The position numbers were made by a program, and so were the translations under genes. 64,000 bases of DNA from a virus, in IMG/VR virus record IMGVR_UViG_3300024262_000017, positions 1-64,000 of that record; one strand, given 5' to 3'. The notes beneath the pieces are model-generated. The model saw nothing but the letters and a program-made list of their open reading frames with translations, made no database searches and was not told the DNA's origin. Below are positions 46,391 through 55,498 of the stretch, piece by piece. Numbering within the stretch: the stretch's first letter is position 1; every line of letters starts with the position of its first letter.

Positions 46391-46736
46391 AATTGATGAA
46401 TCCCCAGCAGAACGAGCTACAAGTAAAACACGTCGACCACCGTCGGGAGGTTTTCGTTGGTCTGTAAAACCGAATATCGGTGTTCGTGTGCGTGCTGAAC
46501 CAGACCCAGATGCTGTTTTACCTGAGCCTGAAGAATCTTTTCTTCCTCAAGAAACTTTTGATTCTGAGGACGAAGATGACGAGGACATCGACACAAGCAT
46601 GGATATCCCAGAAGGGTCTGGCTTACTTCCTCTTGGAATTGCAACGGCGCTTAACAAGGCCGTCGCTGAAGAAAACAAAGGTAAGAAAGTTCAGCGTCAC
46701 AAGAAGATGAAAGGGGAGACCAGTGAAAGACCTTGA
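46305..46736 (+). CDS. hypothetical acidic protein
   Basis: Start moved to ATG 46305 (SD GGAGG). Confidence 0.6.
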   Translation: MELEISWTKEDIEQKLKKELEDSGFRLVEIDESPAERATSKTRRPPSGGFRWSVKPNIGVRVRAEPDPDAVLPEPEESFLPQETFDSEDEDDEDIDTSMDIPEGSGLLPLGIATALNKAVAEENKGKKVQRHKKMKGETSERP

Positions 46737-47643
46737 AAAGAAAGTTGTATTTTTAGAGGGGGGTGAAGACGTTGATGTGGATGCTGAGTACCAGCATCTC
46801 ATTGAAGAGGTGTCCATTGAAGAGTGTGCTCTTGCTCTTCCCCGCGGCTATTTGAGTGTGTCACAGGTAAATACATACCGACGTTGCCCTCGTCAATATT
46901 ACTTTCGGTACATCAAAGATTTGATTCGTGCCCCGAGCGTCAGTCTTGTTGAAGGAAATGCTGTTCACAAGGGATTAGCAGTTGGACACGAGGCTTCAGT
47001 AAAGAGTGGCACTGCACCGTTAGATATGATGCTAGATGCCTACAACGATTACTGGAAACGAAGCAAAGGAGACATTGACTGGCAAGGTGAAAAGGAGGCA
47101 GACGAAAACTTGGTCGTTCGTCGTGACCATACGTTTTTGAAAGAGTACAATCAAAAGCATATGCCCAATCTAGTCACACGTGTAGACGATGTGGGTGCTT
47201 TTGTTGAGCGGCGATTCTGGGTTACTGTGGGAGAAAAGAACGTCCCATTGCTGGGCTTCATTGACTTGGTAGCTAAGAATAATACCAAGTTTTTCGATAA
47301 CAAAAGCCCTGATGGTAGTGGCGAAGAAGAGGTAATCGACCACAAAACTGCAAACAAGTCAAAAACTCAGGCAGACGTAGATGGGGACTTACAGCTATCC
47401 GTTTATTCTCGTGTAACAGGTTTGACACATGTGCGATTTCAATGCTTCGTTAAAACGAAAACACCTAAAATCAATGCTGTTGCGTCACGGCGGACAATTG
47501 ATTCTTGGCGTTGGGCAGAGTTCGTTATTTCAGAAGTTGCACAGTGTATCTCCAGCGGCGCTTTCCCCCCAGGCAATGATGGGTGGCATTGTACTCCAAA
47601 ATTTTGTGGGTACTGGGATATGTGCAGAGGGAAGAAACGATGA
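46723..47643 (+). CDS. PD-(D/E)XK nuclease (RecB/Cas4-like)
   Basis: LSVSQ...CPRQY, GNAVH, VE, GFIDL, VIDHKT, QLSVY, C...C..W..C. Confidence 0.88.
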   Translation: MKDLEKKVVFLEGGEDVDVDAEYQHLIEEVSIEECALALPRGYLSVSQVNTYRRCPRQYYFRYIKDLIRAPSVSLVEGNAVHKGLAVGHEASVKSGTAPLDMMLDAYNDYWKRSKGDIDWQGEKEADENLVVRRDHTFLKEYNQKHMPNLVTRVDDVGAFVERRFWVTVGEKNVPLLGFIDLVAKNNTKFFDNKSPDGSGEEEVIDHKTANKSKTQADVDGDLQLSVYSRVTGLTHVRFQCFVKTKTPKINAVASRRTIDSWRWAEFVISEVAQCISSGAFPPGNDGWHCTPKFCGYWDMCRGKKR

Positions 47644-48023
47644 CTCGAATGGATGGAGTTCCGAGGCTCCCTTGCATTGCTCTCGAAGAAATTTATGCAC
47701 TTGTTCAAACCATGAAGAGTGATGAGCTTCGAGCAGCTTTCAAAATAAAAGAGAAGGAACGTGGGAGTAAGGTTGCACTCACACGCCTGCGTGTGAAATT
47801 ATCCAAGGTAGCCAAACTGTGCAAACAAGCACGAAAGGAGATCTTGGTTATGCAAAAAAACGATGAAACCGTTATGGAGAAGTATGGTGTAGCTGAAGAT
47901 GAACAGCTATCCAAAACAGGAGGAGACACAGTAGAAATGTGTCCGAGGTGTGGGAAAGAAGTAGAGGTACATGGCGGCACGAGAAAGTGCCCCCTATGTG
48001 GCACTGAACCATTTGAAGGGTAG
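47640..48023 (+). CDS. basic helical protein (Hc1-like) with a C-terminal Zn ribbon
   Basis: Start at ATG 47640; GSKVALTRLRVKLSKVAKLCKQARKEI; CPRCG..CPLCG. Confidence 0.55.
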   Translation: MTRMDGVPRLPCIALEEIYALVQTMKSDELRAAFKIKEKERGSKVALTRLRVKLSKVAKLCKQARKEILVMQKNDETVMEKYGVAEDEQLSKTGGDTVEMCPRCGKEVEVHGGTRKCPLCGTEPFEG

Positions 48024-48031
48024 GAACTCTA

Positions 48032-48391
48032 ATGGGGATTACTCGTGTAGAGAAGGTGCAGCTAGAGATAATCAAAAGATATGACAACATTTCAAATCTC
48101 TATGTTGCTTACATGAACTGTGGAAAACATTCAGATGACTTTGGTAGGGAATTTTTCCATGCAGTGGGAGAAATCCTACAAGGGGCTTCGGTGGCACAAT
48201 TGACTTTGTACCACCTCAACAGGACAGAAATAGAAGACATAGTAGACCACACTGTTTCAAGAGGCGGCATCGCAGGTGAGAAGAAAGGACCACGCTCACC
48301 TGTGCGAACTAAACGTCGTTACAGAAAACCAACCATTAAAAGGACCAAGACCAATGACCGCAAAAAAAGCCGTGACCACCGTACAACCTAA
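48032..48391 (+). CDS. hypothetical protein
   Basis: SD AGGA; basic tail overlapping the ParB start. Confidence 0.55.
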   Translation: MGITRVEKVQLEIIKRYDNISNLYVAYMNCGKHSDDFGREFFHAVGEILQGASVAQLTLYHLNRTEIEDIVDHTVSRGGIAGEKKGPRSPVRTKRRYRKPTIKRTKTNDRKKSRDHRTT

Positions 48392-49226
48392 GTTGATGAT
48401 CAACAAAATCCACATCCCAGAAAACATCAGAGAGGATGGCTGGGAAAAAAACATCAAAGGTTTGGCCGACAGCATTGCTGAGAATGGATTGGAACAACCC
48501 ATCGGGGTATGGCCTTTCCCTGATAAGCAAGCAGGCCCCGAAGGTGAGACCCATGAGTTAGTTTTTGGACACAGGCGCCTGATGGCCTGCAAAACGATTT
48601 TGGAGTGGACAACCATTCCGGTGGTGTTCAAGCCAAAGAAGACCAGTGCCAAAGACAGGTACGTGAGTGCTTTAGTTGAGAATGCTCAGCGTGAAGACCT
48701 GTCACCAACTGAAGAAGCCGCCGCGTTTAAGCGAGGCATTGATGAATTTGGTTTGACGGCCGGCGAGATTGCTAAAAAGAAGGGTGTCAGCAATGCTTAT
48801 GTGTCACAAAGACTGGCCCTGCTCAAAATGCCTGAGCCTATTCAGGAAGCGCTTGCCAATCAAGACATCAGCTTTGCACACGCGCGGGCAATGACAACAT
48901 TGGACGACACAGAGCAAGTGAAGCTTTTGAAACAGGCAGTGAAGATGCCTGTTTCTGAGTTCAAAGAGAAGGTTGCAGCAGTAACTGCTGCACAAGATGT
49001 AAAGGATGGGAAAGAAGGAAAAGCACCCAAGGCAAAACGCGGTCGTCCTGAGAAGACCAACTCAGCCAAGGTCAGAACTGTATCGGAGATCAAGGTGGAA
49101 CTGGGCAAGCTAGACGACAAGAAAAAGGATGCAGTGGAAAAAGGTGACAAGGCTGGAGAGCAATACTACAAAGGGATGATGCGGGGTTTAGGCTGGGCAT
49201 CTGGGATGGCTAAAACTCTGTACTGA
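48354..49226 (+). CDS. parB: ParB/Spo0J family protein
   Basis: LADSI..GL.QPI, GHRRL, ENAQREDL, HTH, KRGRP AT-hook; start moved to 48354. Confidence 0.88.
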   Translation: MTAKKAVTTVQPKLMINKIHIPENIREDGWEKNIKGLADSIAENGLEQPIGVWPFPDKQAGPEGETHELVFGHRRLMACKTILEWTTIPVVFKPKKTSAKDRYVSALVENAQREDLSPTEEAAAFKRGIDEFGLTAGEIAKKKGVSNAYVSQRLALLKMPEPIQEALANQDISFAHARAMTTLDDTEQVKLLKQAVKMPVSEFKEKVAAVTAAQDVKDGKEGKAPKAKRGRPEKTNSAKVRTVSEIKVELGKLDDKKKDAVEKGDKAGEQYYKGMMRGLGWASGMAKTLY

Positions 49227-49231
49227 TTTAC

Positions 49232-50077
49232 TCAGTAAACTTCAATCATCAAATCACCAATTCGTTCAATATTGAGTTCTTTGTCCAGACAACGGCGTAA
49301 CCGTTGTAGGGCATCAACTTTTATTTGACGAACTCGTTCAGACGACACACCTAGAACGGTCGCTATTTGCTTAAGCGACATTGGGTCAGTCACTAACCCG
49401 TAGTACGAGCGCAACACAAACTGTTCCTTGGTACCCAAACCGAGGAGCAGTTTGTGAAGTGCATCTATTGCTTGGCGATTGATGGCACGACTCTCATCTC
49501 TCCCAGGACTTGAACAAGCACGGTCTACTGGTGCGTAGCGGAATTTTTCAATGCGAAGTTTGTCAAGTTGCGAAGGAGTGATGTCTACGTCTATGCATAT
49601 TTTAGTTATTTCATCTTCGTTTGGTGGTGGTAGATTTCGATGACGAGCCTGCTTCACTTTACGAATTGTTTTCGTTCTCCACAGAGGCATTGCAACAAGG
49701 CCTGTATTATGTACCTCGTTGCGAATGTACAACAACGCATAGTAGGTTGCGTATGAAAGGAAGCGGGTATTCCTATCAGGGTCATAACGGTCTAAGGCAA
49801 AGAGGAGTCCTTCGTTTCCTGCAGAGATAAGGTCTTTCAAAATATCTACATTACGGGTGTAGCGGCGTGCGAGTTTGACTACGAAGCGTAAACAATTACC
49901 GATGATTCGGTCACGGGCAGCCAAGTTGTTTTGCTGTTGATATTGGTAAAACAATTTCCGTTCTGTTTCAGCATCAAGTACTTCCATCTGACTAACATCA
50001 CGATAGTAGCGCGCAACGTTTTCATCCACAGAGTGTTTATCTGTGTATTGACGCCGAGACCGTGAGGTGTTATCCAC
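49232..50077 (-). CDS. RNA polymerase sigma70-family factor (regions 1.2-4)
   Basis: YY.D, NLR-like CLRFVVKLARRY, DLISAGNEGL, YDP....RFLSYA, SLKQIA..LGVSSERVRQI; GTG 50077 with SD AGGAG. Confidence 0.92.
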   Translation of the reverse strand: MDNTSRSRRQYTDKHSVDENVARYYRDVSQMEVLDAETERKLFYQYQQQNNLAARDRIIGNCLRFVVKLARRYTRNVDILKDLISAGNEGLLFALDRYDPDRNTRFLSYATYYALLYIRNEVHNTGLVAMPLWRTKTIRKVKQARHRNLPPPNEDEITKICIDVDITPSQLDKLRIEKFRYAPVDRACSSPGRDESRAINRQAIDALHKLLLGLGTKEQFVLRSYYGLVTDPMSLKQIATVLGVSSERVRQIKVDALQRLRRCLDKELNIERIGDLMIEVY

Positions 50078-50222
50078 GCCTTCCACTCCTATAAGTAGTG
50101 TAGTGCAATGTATGGTTACACTATCCCTTGGGGCTTGCAAGGGTTTTGTGTTTCCGCGCAAAGTTAGAAATCGAATTACTCGATTTACCCAAAAAAGCAG
50201 CTAACCTTTTTACAAAAACAGC

Positions 50223-50252
50223 TTGACGAAAACAGGGCAGCCGACTTACGAT
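50223..50252 (+). promoter_or_regulatory. sigma70-like promoter of the SSB/replication operon
   Basis: TTGACG-18 bp-TACGAT. Confidence 0.55.
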
Positions 50253-50283
50253 TCAACTCTTCAACCCTTCAAAGGAGAAAATC

Positions 50284-51192
50284 GTGGCAAAGTCCAAGGA
50301 CACAGATGTCAAAGAAGCCCAAGAAGCCAAAGAAGCCCAAGCCAACGAAGAAAACGAAGAAGCTGTAGTCATGAAAGTAGAAGAGACTGCCCTGACGAAG
50401 ATTGTTTCCGGTTTACCCCCAGAAGTTGCAGAGAAGGTCACTGCGTTACTCGCTTCGATGAACCCCAACAAACCTGGGTTCGAAGAAATGGGTGGCGCTC
50501 GCTGGTCACCGCCCGTTGTGAAAGTGCATCAACCGACCAGTGGAGATATGCCTGGTGCATCCAAACAGGGAGATTTGTACACGGACACAGGAGACCTCCT
50601 GCCGCGTCCACTTGAAATCATTCCGGTGTACATGCACTATTCCCACGTGCGTTTTGAACCGGGAAACAACAATCCTACCTGCCGGTCTGAAGATGGCAAA
50701 CGTTCTATCTATGGTGACATTTGTAAGGATTGTCGTGACCTCCCATTTCGAGACGGGAACAAAACAACCTGCAACAAATCCATGGAGGTGTATGCGTTTG
50801 ATAAAAACTGCACCAAGATTCTGCGGCTGCAGTTTTCGAAAACGTCGTACAAAGCCGGCAGTAAATTATACCGGCAAGCAAGTTCTTCTCCCGTTCCCTG
50901 GGCTCGAATTTATGCCCTGGACACGGAGAAGAAAACTCGGCAAAACGAAACTGGTGTGTACTATGTCTTAACCGTGACACCCACGGGAGAAGACACCAAT
51001 CAACAGTTCTTTCCTTTGATTGAGCATGTCTACTCAGTGGTATCGGAAGTACGCAAACAAGTGCTCTCGCGTATTGAAGACCGCTCATCGGTTGGACAAC
51101 AAGTAGCCGACAACCTCCCGACCGACTTCGGTGGTGTGGTTGATGGTAACGACAAGAAGGGAGGCGGCCAACCAGATTTCTCTGACATGTAG
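50284..51192 (+). CDS. putative single-stranded DNA-binding protein
   Basis: Replication context; Cys cluster (CRS.DG..C..C..C); LQFSKTSY; acidic/aromatic C-terminus; own promoter and terminator. Confidence 0.6.
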   Translation: MAKSKDTDVKEAQEAKEAQANEENEEAVVMKVEETALTKIVSGLPPEVAEKVTALLASMNPNKPGFEEMGGARWSPPVVKVHQPTSGDMPGASKQGDLYTDTGDLLPRPLEIIPVYMHYSHVRFEPGNNNPTCRSEDGKRSIYGDICKDCRDLPFRDGNKTTCNKSMEVYAFDKNCTKILRLQFSKTSYKAGSKLYRQASSSPVPWARIYALDTEKKTRQNETGVYYVLTVTPTGEDTNQQFFPLIEHVYSVVSEVRKQVLSRIEDRSSVGQQVADNLPTDFGGVVDGNDKKGGGQPDFSDM

Positions 51193-51207
51193 AACATAGG
51201 TCAATGG

Positions 51208-51239
51208 GTGCCCGGGGTTCACACTCCGGGCACTTTTTT
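51208..51239 (+). terminator. Rho-independent terminator
   Basis: GTGCCCGG...CCGGGCAC stem followed by T6. Confidence 0.85.
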
Positions 51240-51259
51240 CCCCTCAGCCGGAGGTGCAT

Positions 51260-52114
51260 ATGGCAATTCATTTTTCCCCTGAAGCAGTACTACACGCACC
51301 TTGGTCAATGAGTAAGGCAGAAGCTGCTAAAAATTGTAGCTTTGCATTCAACCTACGGTACGTAAATAGAGTCAAAGGTGTAACCCCACCACAAAGTGCT
51401 GCAAGTAGAATTGGAAAAGCAGCACACAGTATTCTAGAAGGAATTTTGAAAGATAGGTCAGACACACCATTCAAACAAATGAGAAATCTCTTATTCCGCG
51501 CAAGCATAGACCAGCAATTAACAACACCTGAAATAGAAGAACTTGCGGCCTTCACACATTCGATTGCAAACTTCTATCGGCGTATTCAGGTGTACCGTGA
51601 AAAGAAGGGTGTCACCTCGATGTTTGTGGAGCGTCGTTTTGGGTTACGACCTGACTTAGGCCCAACAGACTTTTGGGGAAAAGACATTCCGGGAGCTGGT
51701 GTTGATTTCAAAGGCCGGCCAATACGTGATGTCTTCTTTCGTGGTGTTTGGGATTTGGTCATGTTGGCTTCTGGCTATGCCATTATTATTGACCACAAGT
51801 CAGGCGTTGTTCCAAAAGATGTATCGGATGTAAATGCTCATTATGAGCACCAGTTGAATCTCTATGCAGTTGCAGCTCTCAGTTTGTTTCCTGAAATCAA
51901 AGGTGCTCAGTCTGCCTTGCATTTTCTTCAGAGTGAAGAAATCATCTGGGGTCCAATGGTTACAGCAGACCAAATCAAAGAAAAGCTCATTCCTTGGTAC
52001 GTTGATTACATCAATCGCTCCGCAAGCGCTGTTGCACTGAACACCCCGCAAAAAGGGTGGTACTGTGATTTCTGTGAATACACAGCGCTGTGTCCTTTAC
52101 AAAACTGTACATAG
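51260..52114 (+). CDS. PD-(D/E)XK nuclease (RecB/Cas4-like), second paralog
   Basis: WSMSK...C, GKAAH, VE, GVWDL, IIDHKSG, QLNLY, CDFCEY..C. Confidence 0.85.
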   Translation: MAIHFSPEAVLHAPWSMSKAEAAKNCSFAFNLRYVNRVKGVTPPQSAASRIGKAAHSILEGILKDRSDTPFKQMRNLLFRASIDQQLTTPEIEELAAFTHSIANFYRRIQVYREKKGVTSMFVERRFGLRPDLGPTDFWGKDIPGAGVDFKGRPIRDVFFRGVWDLVMLASGYAIIIDHKSGVVPKDVSDVNAHYEHQLNLYAVAALSLFPEIKGAQSALHFLQSEEIIWGPMVTADQIKEKLIPWYVDYINRSASAVALNTPQKGWYCDFCEYTALCPLQNCT

Positions 52115-52126
52115 AAATAAGAGGGG

Positions 52127-55100
52127 TTGTCTGTGGCAGCGAACGCAAAAGTGGAAAATGTTTCCCCTGAACAGTTGAAGAAACTCTGGTCCAAAATTTC
52201 GGCAGGCGACTGGTTTCAATTACTCAATGAATACAAACCCGGTCATAACTGGGTACAACGTGGCGGGAAAATATCTGGGCGATGTATCTATCACGCAGAA
52301 AAAACTCCATCCTTCCATGTTGACCCCGTAAGTGGTTTTGCTCATTGCTTTGGTGGTAGTTGTCCAACAAAGCACGTTTGGAATCCAGTTAGACTAGCAG
52401 CCGACATCATGGGCATCGGGTACGCCCAGGCAATCCGCCAACTCAAAAGTCGTTTTGGTGTTGTTCTACCTTCTGCGTACGCAAACAATGTTCAGAAAAT
52501 TGAGGAGAATGATGACCTGAAACGAGTCCTGCGTACGGTGATGAATCGCGAGTTGTGTGACGCTTTGGTTGACCCGGAAGACCCAAAGTTTGCATACTTG
52601 GAAGCCACGAAACTCATTGGTTGGTTCCGTGAACGTGGACTCCCAGAAGACGTAATACATCAGTTACCTATTGGGGTCATTCCAACGCATGAGCGCTTGT
52701 ATGATAGGCTCGACGAATTGCCCAATGGAAAGGAGTATCGAGAAGCAGCACATACCTATCTGAGAGATTGTTTTACTACCCCTGGGAATCCCATGAAGTA
52801 CGAAGGCTTCCTAGCATTCTTTTACTACAAGAGCCCGACGGAGATTGGGCGTATTCGTATTCGGAAACCTCGCACACCAAAAGTGTATGCGTTGGACGAC
52901 CCATACGAGCAGCAAGTTGGCTTCTTCGGTTTGAATATGTACCCTGAGTTAATGAACGCGTTGGACAACCACGCGTTACATATCATCGAGGGAGAGTTTG
53001 ACGCCCTTTCTATTATTGCCCACCAGTTAGCCAACGGACGCAGTGATGTTTGTGCAGTTGGAACTGGTGGTACCATGATGGAATCACACGTTGATGAGCT
53101 CTCCACTTTTGGCTTCGTCAAGAAGTACCTCATCCCTGACAATGACCGTCCAGGCATTGAGTGGGCACGTACCATCTTGTCAGAAAACAAAGATGTCAAT
53201 CGCGTCTTTACCTGGGATGATGACCTGGACCAACAAATAAAGGACGTGGACCAAGCAATTCGTGTCTATGGTTTTGATGACTTCTATGACCGTCTTACCG
53301 ATGAAAGCTCTTATCAATTCAACCATGAATGGGCCAATGCTCAAGTCACTAAGAGGATGGCACTTATTCCACCTGGAGATCTTGAAGAGCGCAACAAGCT
53401 GGTAATTGAATTCGGTAAGGCACTATCGAAAGACTCAGAGCGAGAAGCCTTCATTGCTTACGTTACTGAAGAATTTGGTATGTCTAGAGAAGTTATTGTT
53501 CAACACATTGCTCCTGATGACACACCGGAAGGATTCAAGTACCGCGTCGCAAAACGTCTACAGGAAGAGTACTATTTTCTATCGGATGACATCTCTGGTG
53601 GTACGAGCATGCTTGTCATTGCTTGGAGTCGCCGCAAAAGAGTCGTTCGAAAATTTCCCATGGATGCCGAGAAGAAAATTCGTGCAGCCTTACAGTGTGA
53701 CATTGGGTTGCTAGAAGATTACACCAAAAAACACTTTGGGATTCCCGACTTCATTCAATACAAGCTTGGACCTAAGGGACAACTTGTGGAGCGTTCAGAC
53801 ATGGATATTTCTAAGATGCTTACCCACTATTATTCACACGCTTTCACCGTTGCCTCAAAGAATACTGAGCCAGCAGAACGTCTAGTCCAGCTAGGACAGG
53901 GTGTTCATTACATTGACAACCCCGATGAAAATGAACGCGTCATTTACGTAGTAAACGGAACACACTTTTTTCGAGGTGTCTTTAGTCAAGATGGAGAAGA
54001 AGTCACGTATGAAAATATCGACTGTCCCCGGTTCGAAAACTACATTTTCAATCTCAACAATGCGCCGTGGTCAGTGAACATCAAAACAGTCAAAGACCTG
54101 GAAGAAGCAAGTAGCCAGTGTGACCCGGTAGAAGTGTACCAAAAGGTAAAGAAGATTCTTGATATCGGCTGGAAGTTTTACAACCATGAATTGGAGTCCA
54201 TGTTCTTGGCAGCTGATACGATGTACACAACCGTCGCAGATTTATTCAAGACTGTAGTTATGGCTGACGTGACTGGAGTCACACACAGCGGGAAGACCAC
54301 CTTGTTACAAATTATTGGTGGTCATGAATTTCCAGGTTACCGTCTGTGCGAAGCAACTGAAACGCTATCAGACTTCTCTGCTGCTGGTATGAGAAACCTC
54401 ATGTCTGGTCACAAGCTTCGGTTGTTCATTGATGAGTTTGAAGATAATGATTTCGGTGTTGGGCGCCCCAGTCGTAAGTCAGCAGCTGTCCGTGAAATCC
54501 TAGACATCATCAGAAACATGTCTTCAGGTGGCGCAGATAGTGTACGAGGGGATACATCAGGTGGGTTCTTGCGGTTCAAGCTTCAGTTTCCTCTTACTGT
54601 CAGTGGTATTTACACCATGCAAGAAGCACGAGACTTGAATCGTTTTGTTCACATTCGCACCCAACGAATTGATGGGTTCACAAATCCCATCGTCCCCATT
54701 CAGAAAGCTTTTTCCATCAAGGACATGCAAAAGCTCCGACGACAGCTTACCCTGTGTTGGTTTTCACGAATCCCCGAGCTGTTGAAAGCTTTTGAAGAAG
54801 TAAAAAATGACTTCGCTGGTGGGGCTAATCTACCAGCAGGTATGTACAGTCGGATGACTGACAACTTTTTACCGGCAGCAACGATACTGAAACTCGTAGG
54901 AGAAGACCACGTCAAATTTGTTCAAAAGTTTAGTGAGCTGAAGATGCAAGAACTTGTTGAACAAGGTGGCGCTGCCAAAGAGTCTGCTGAAATTTGGAGT
55001 GAAGTACTTCATGCATCTATTGCCTTGCATCAACTTACGCAAGAGGTAGATGAGACAGTTGTTGGGTTAGCAAAACTGCTGTCCGACCCACACAAGCATT

Positions 55101-55498
55101 ACATCTTGGATAAGATTGACCTTGGTGTTTACTTCTTACCAGAAAAAATGTGGCTCATTGTATTTTGGAAAAAAGCTGTTACAGGTGTTCTTCGCAACTC
55201 AACGAAATTTCGTAACGTACAACATCACGGACACCTGAAGGTAATAGCCGATACTGACCCTCGCGTAATACCAAAAGAACAACTTGCTCGTGGTAGCTTT
55301 CTTCAAAAGGAAATATGGCCGAGGGTCAATGCTACAATCGGTTTGAATGAAATAAGTGTTTTCAACCTTGAAGGAACACTTGTAATCAAAGAAGACAGTG
55401 AGCCTGCTTTACGAGACAGTCAACGCCGAGAACGTATGTTGGGTGATATACCACAAGCAACACTCCCCAAAACAAATAAAGGAAACTTCGACGTATGA
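52127..55498 (+). CDS. DNA primase-helicase fusion
   Basis: CHC2 Zn finger (CIYH.EKTPSF..HCFGGSC), TOPRIM (IEGEFDAL, PDND), P-loop GVTHSGKTT and Walker B FIDEFE. Confidence 0.88.
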   Translation: MSVAANAKVENVSPEQLKKLWSKISAGDWFQLLNEYKPGHNWVQRGGKISGRCIYHAEKTPSFHVDPVSGFAHCFGGSCPTKHVWNPVRLAADIMGIGYAQAIRQLKSRFGVVLPSAYANNVQKIEENDDLKRVLRTVMNRELCDALVDPEDPKFAYLEATKLIGWFRERGLPEDVIHQLPIGVIPTHERLYDRLDELPNGKEYREAAHTYLRDCFTTPGNPMKYEGFLAFFYYKSPTEIGRIRIRKPRTPKVYALDDPYEQQVGFFGLNMYPELMNALDNHALHIIEGEFDALSIIAHQLANGRSDVCAVGTGGTMMESHVDELSTFGFVKKYLIPDNDRPGIEWARTILSENKDVNRVFTWDDDLDQQIKDVDQAIRVYGFDDFYDRLTDESSYQFNHEWANAQVTKRMALIPPGDLEERNKLVIEFGKALSKDSEREAFIAYVTEEFGMSREVIVQHIAPDDTPEGFKYRVAKRLQEEYYFLSDDISGGTSMLVIAWSRRKRVVRKFPMDAEKKIRAALQCDIGLLEDYTKKHFGIPDFIQYKLGPKGQLVERSDMDISKMLTHYYSHAFTVASKNTEPAERLVQLGQGVHYIDNPDENERVIYVVNGTHFFRGVFSQDGEEVTYENIDCPRFENYIFNLNNAPWSVNIKTVKDLEEASSQCDPVEVYQKVKKILDIGWKFYNHELESMFLAADTMYTTVADLFKTVVMADVTGVTHSGKTTLLQIIGGHEFPGYRLCEATETLSDFSAAGMRNLMSGHKLRLFIDEFEDNDFGVGRPSRKSAAVREILDIIRNMSSGGADSVRGDTSGGFLRFKLQFPLTVSGIYTMQEARDLNRFVHIRTQRIDGFTNPIVPIQKAFSIKDMQKLRRQLTLCWFSRIPELLKAFEEVKNDFAGGANLPAGMYSRMTDNFLPAATILKLVGEDHVKFVQKFSELKMQELVEQGGAAKESAEIWSEVLHASIALHQLTQEVDETVVGLAKLLSDPHKHYILDKIDLGVYFLPEKMWLIVFWKKAVTGVLRNSTKFRNVQHHGHLKVIADTDPRVIPKEQLARGSFLQKEIWPRVNATIGLNEISVFNLEGTLVIKEDSEPALRDSQRRERMLGDIPQATLPKTNKGNFDV

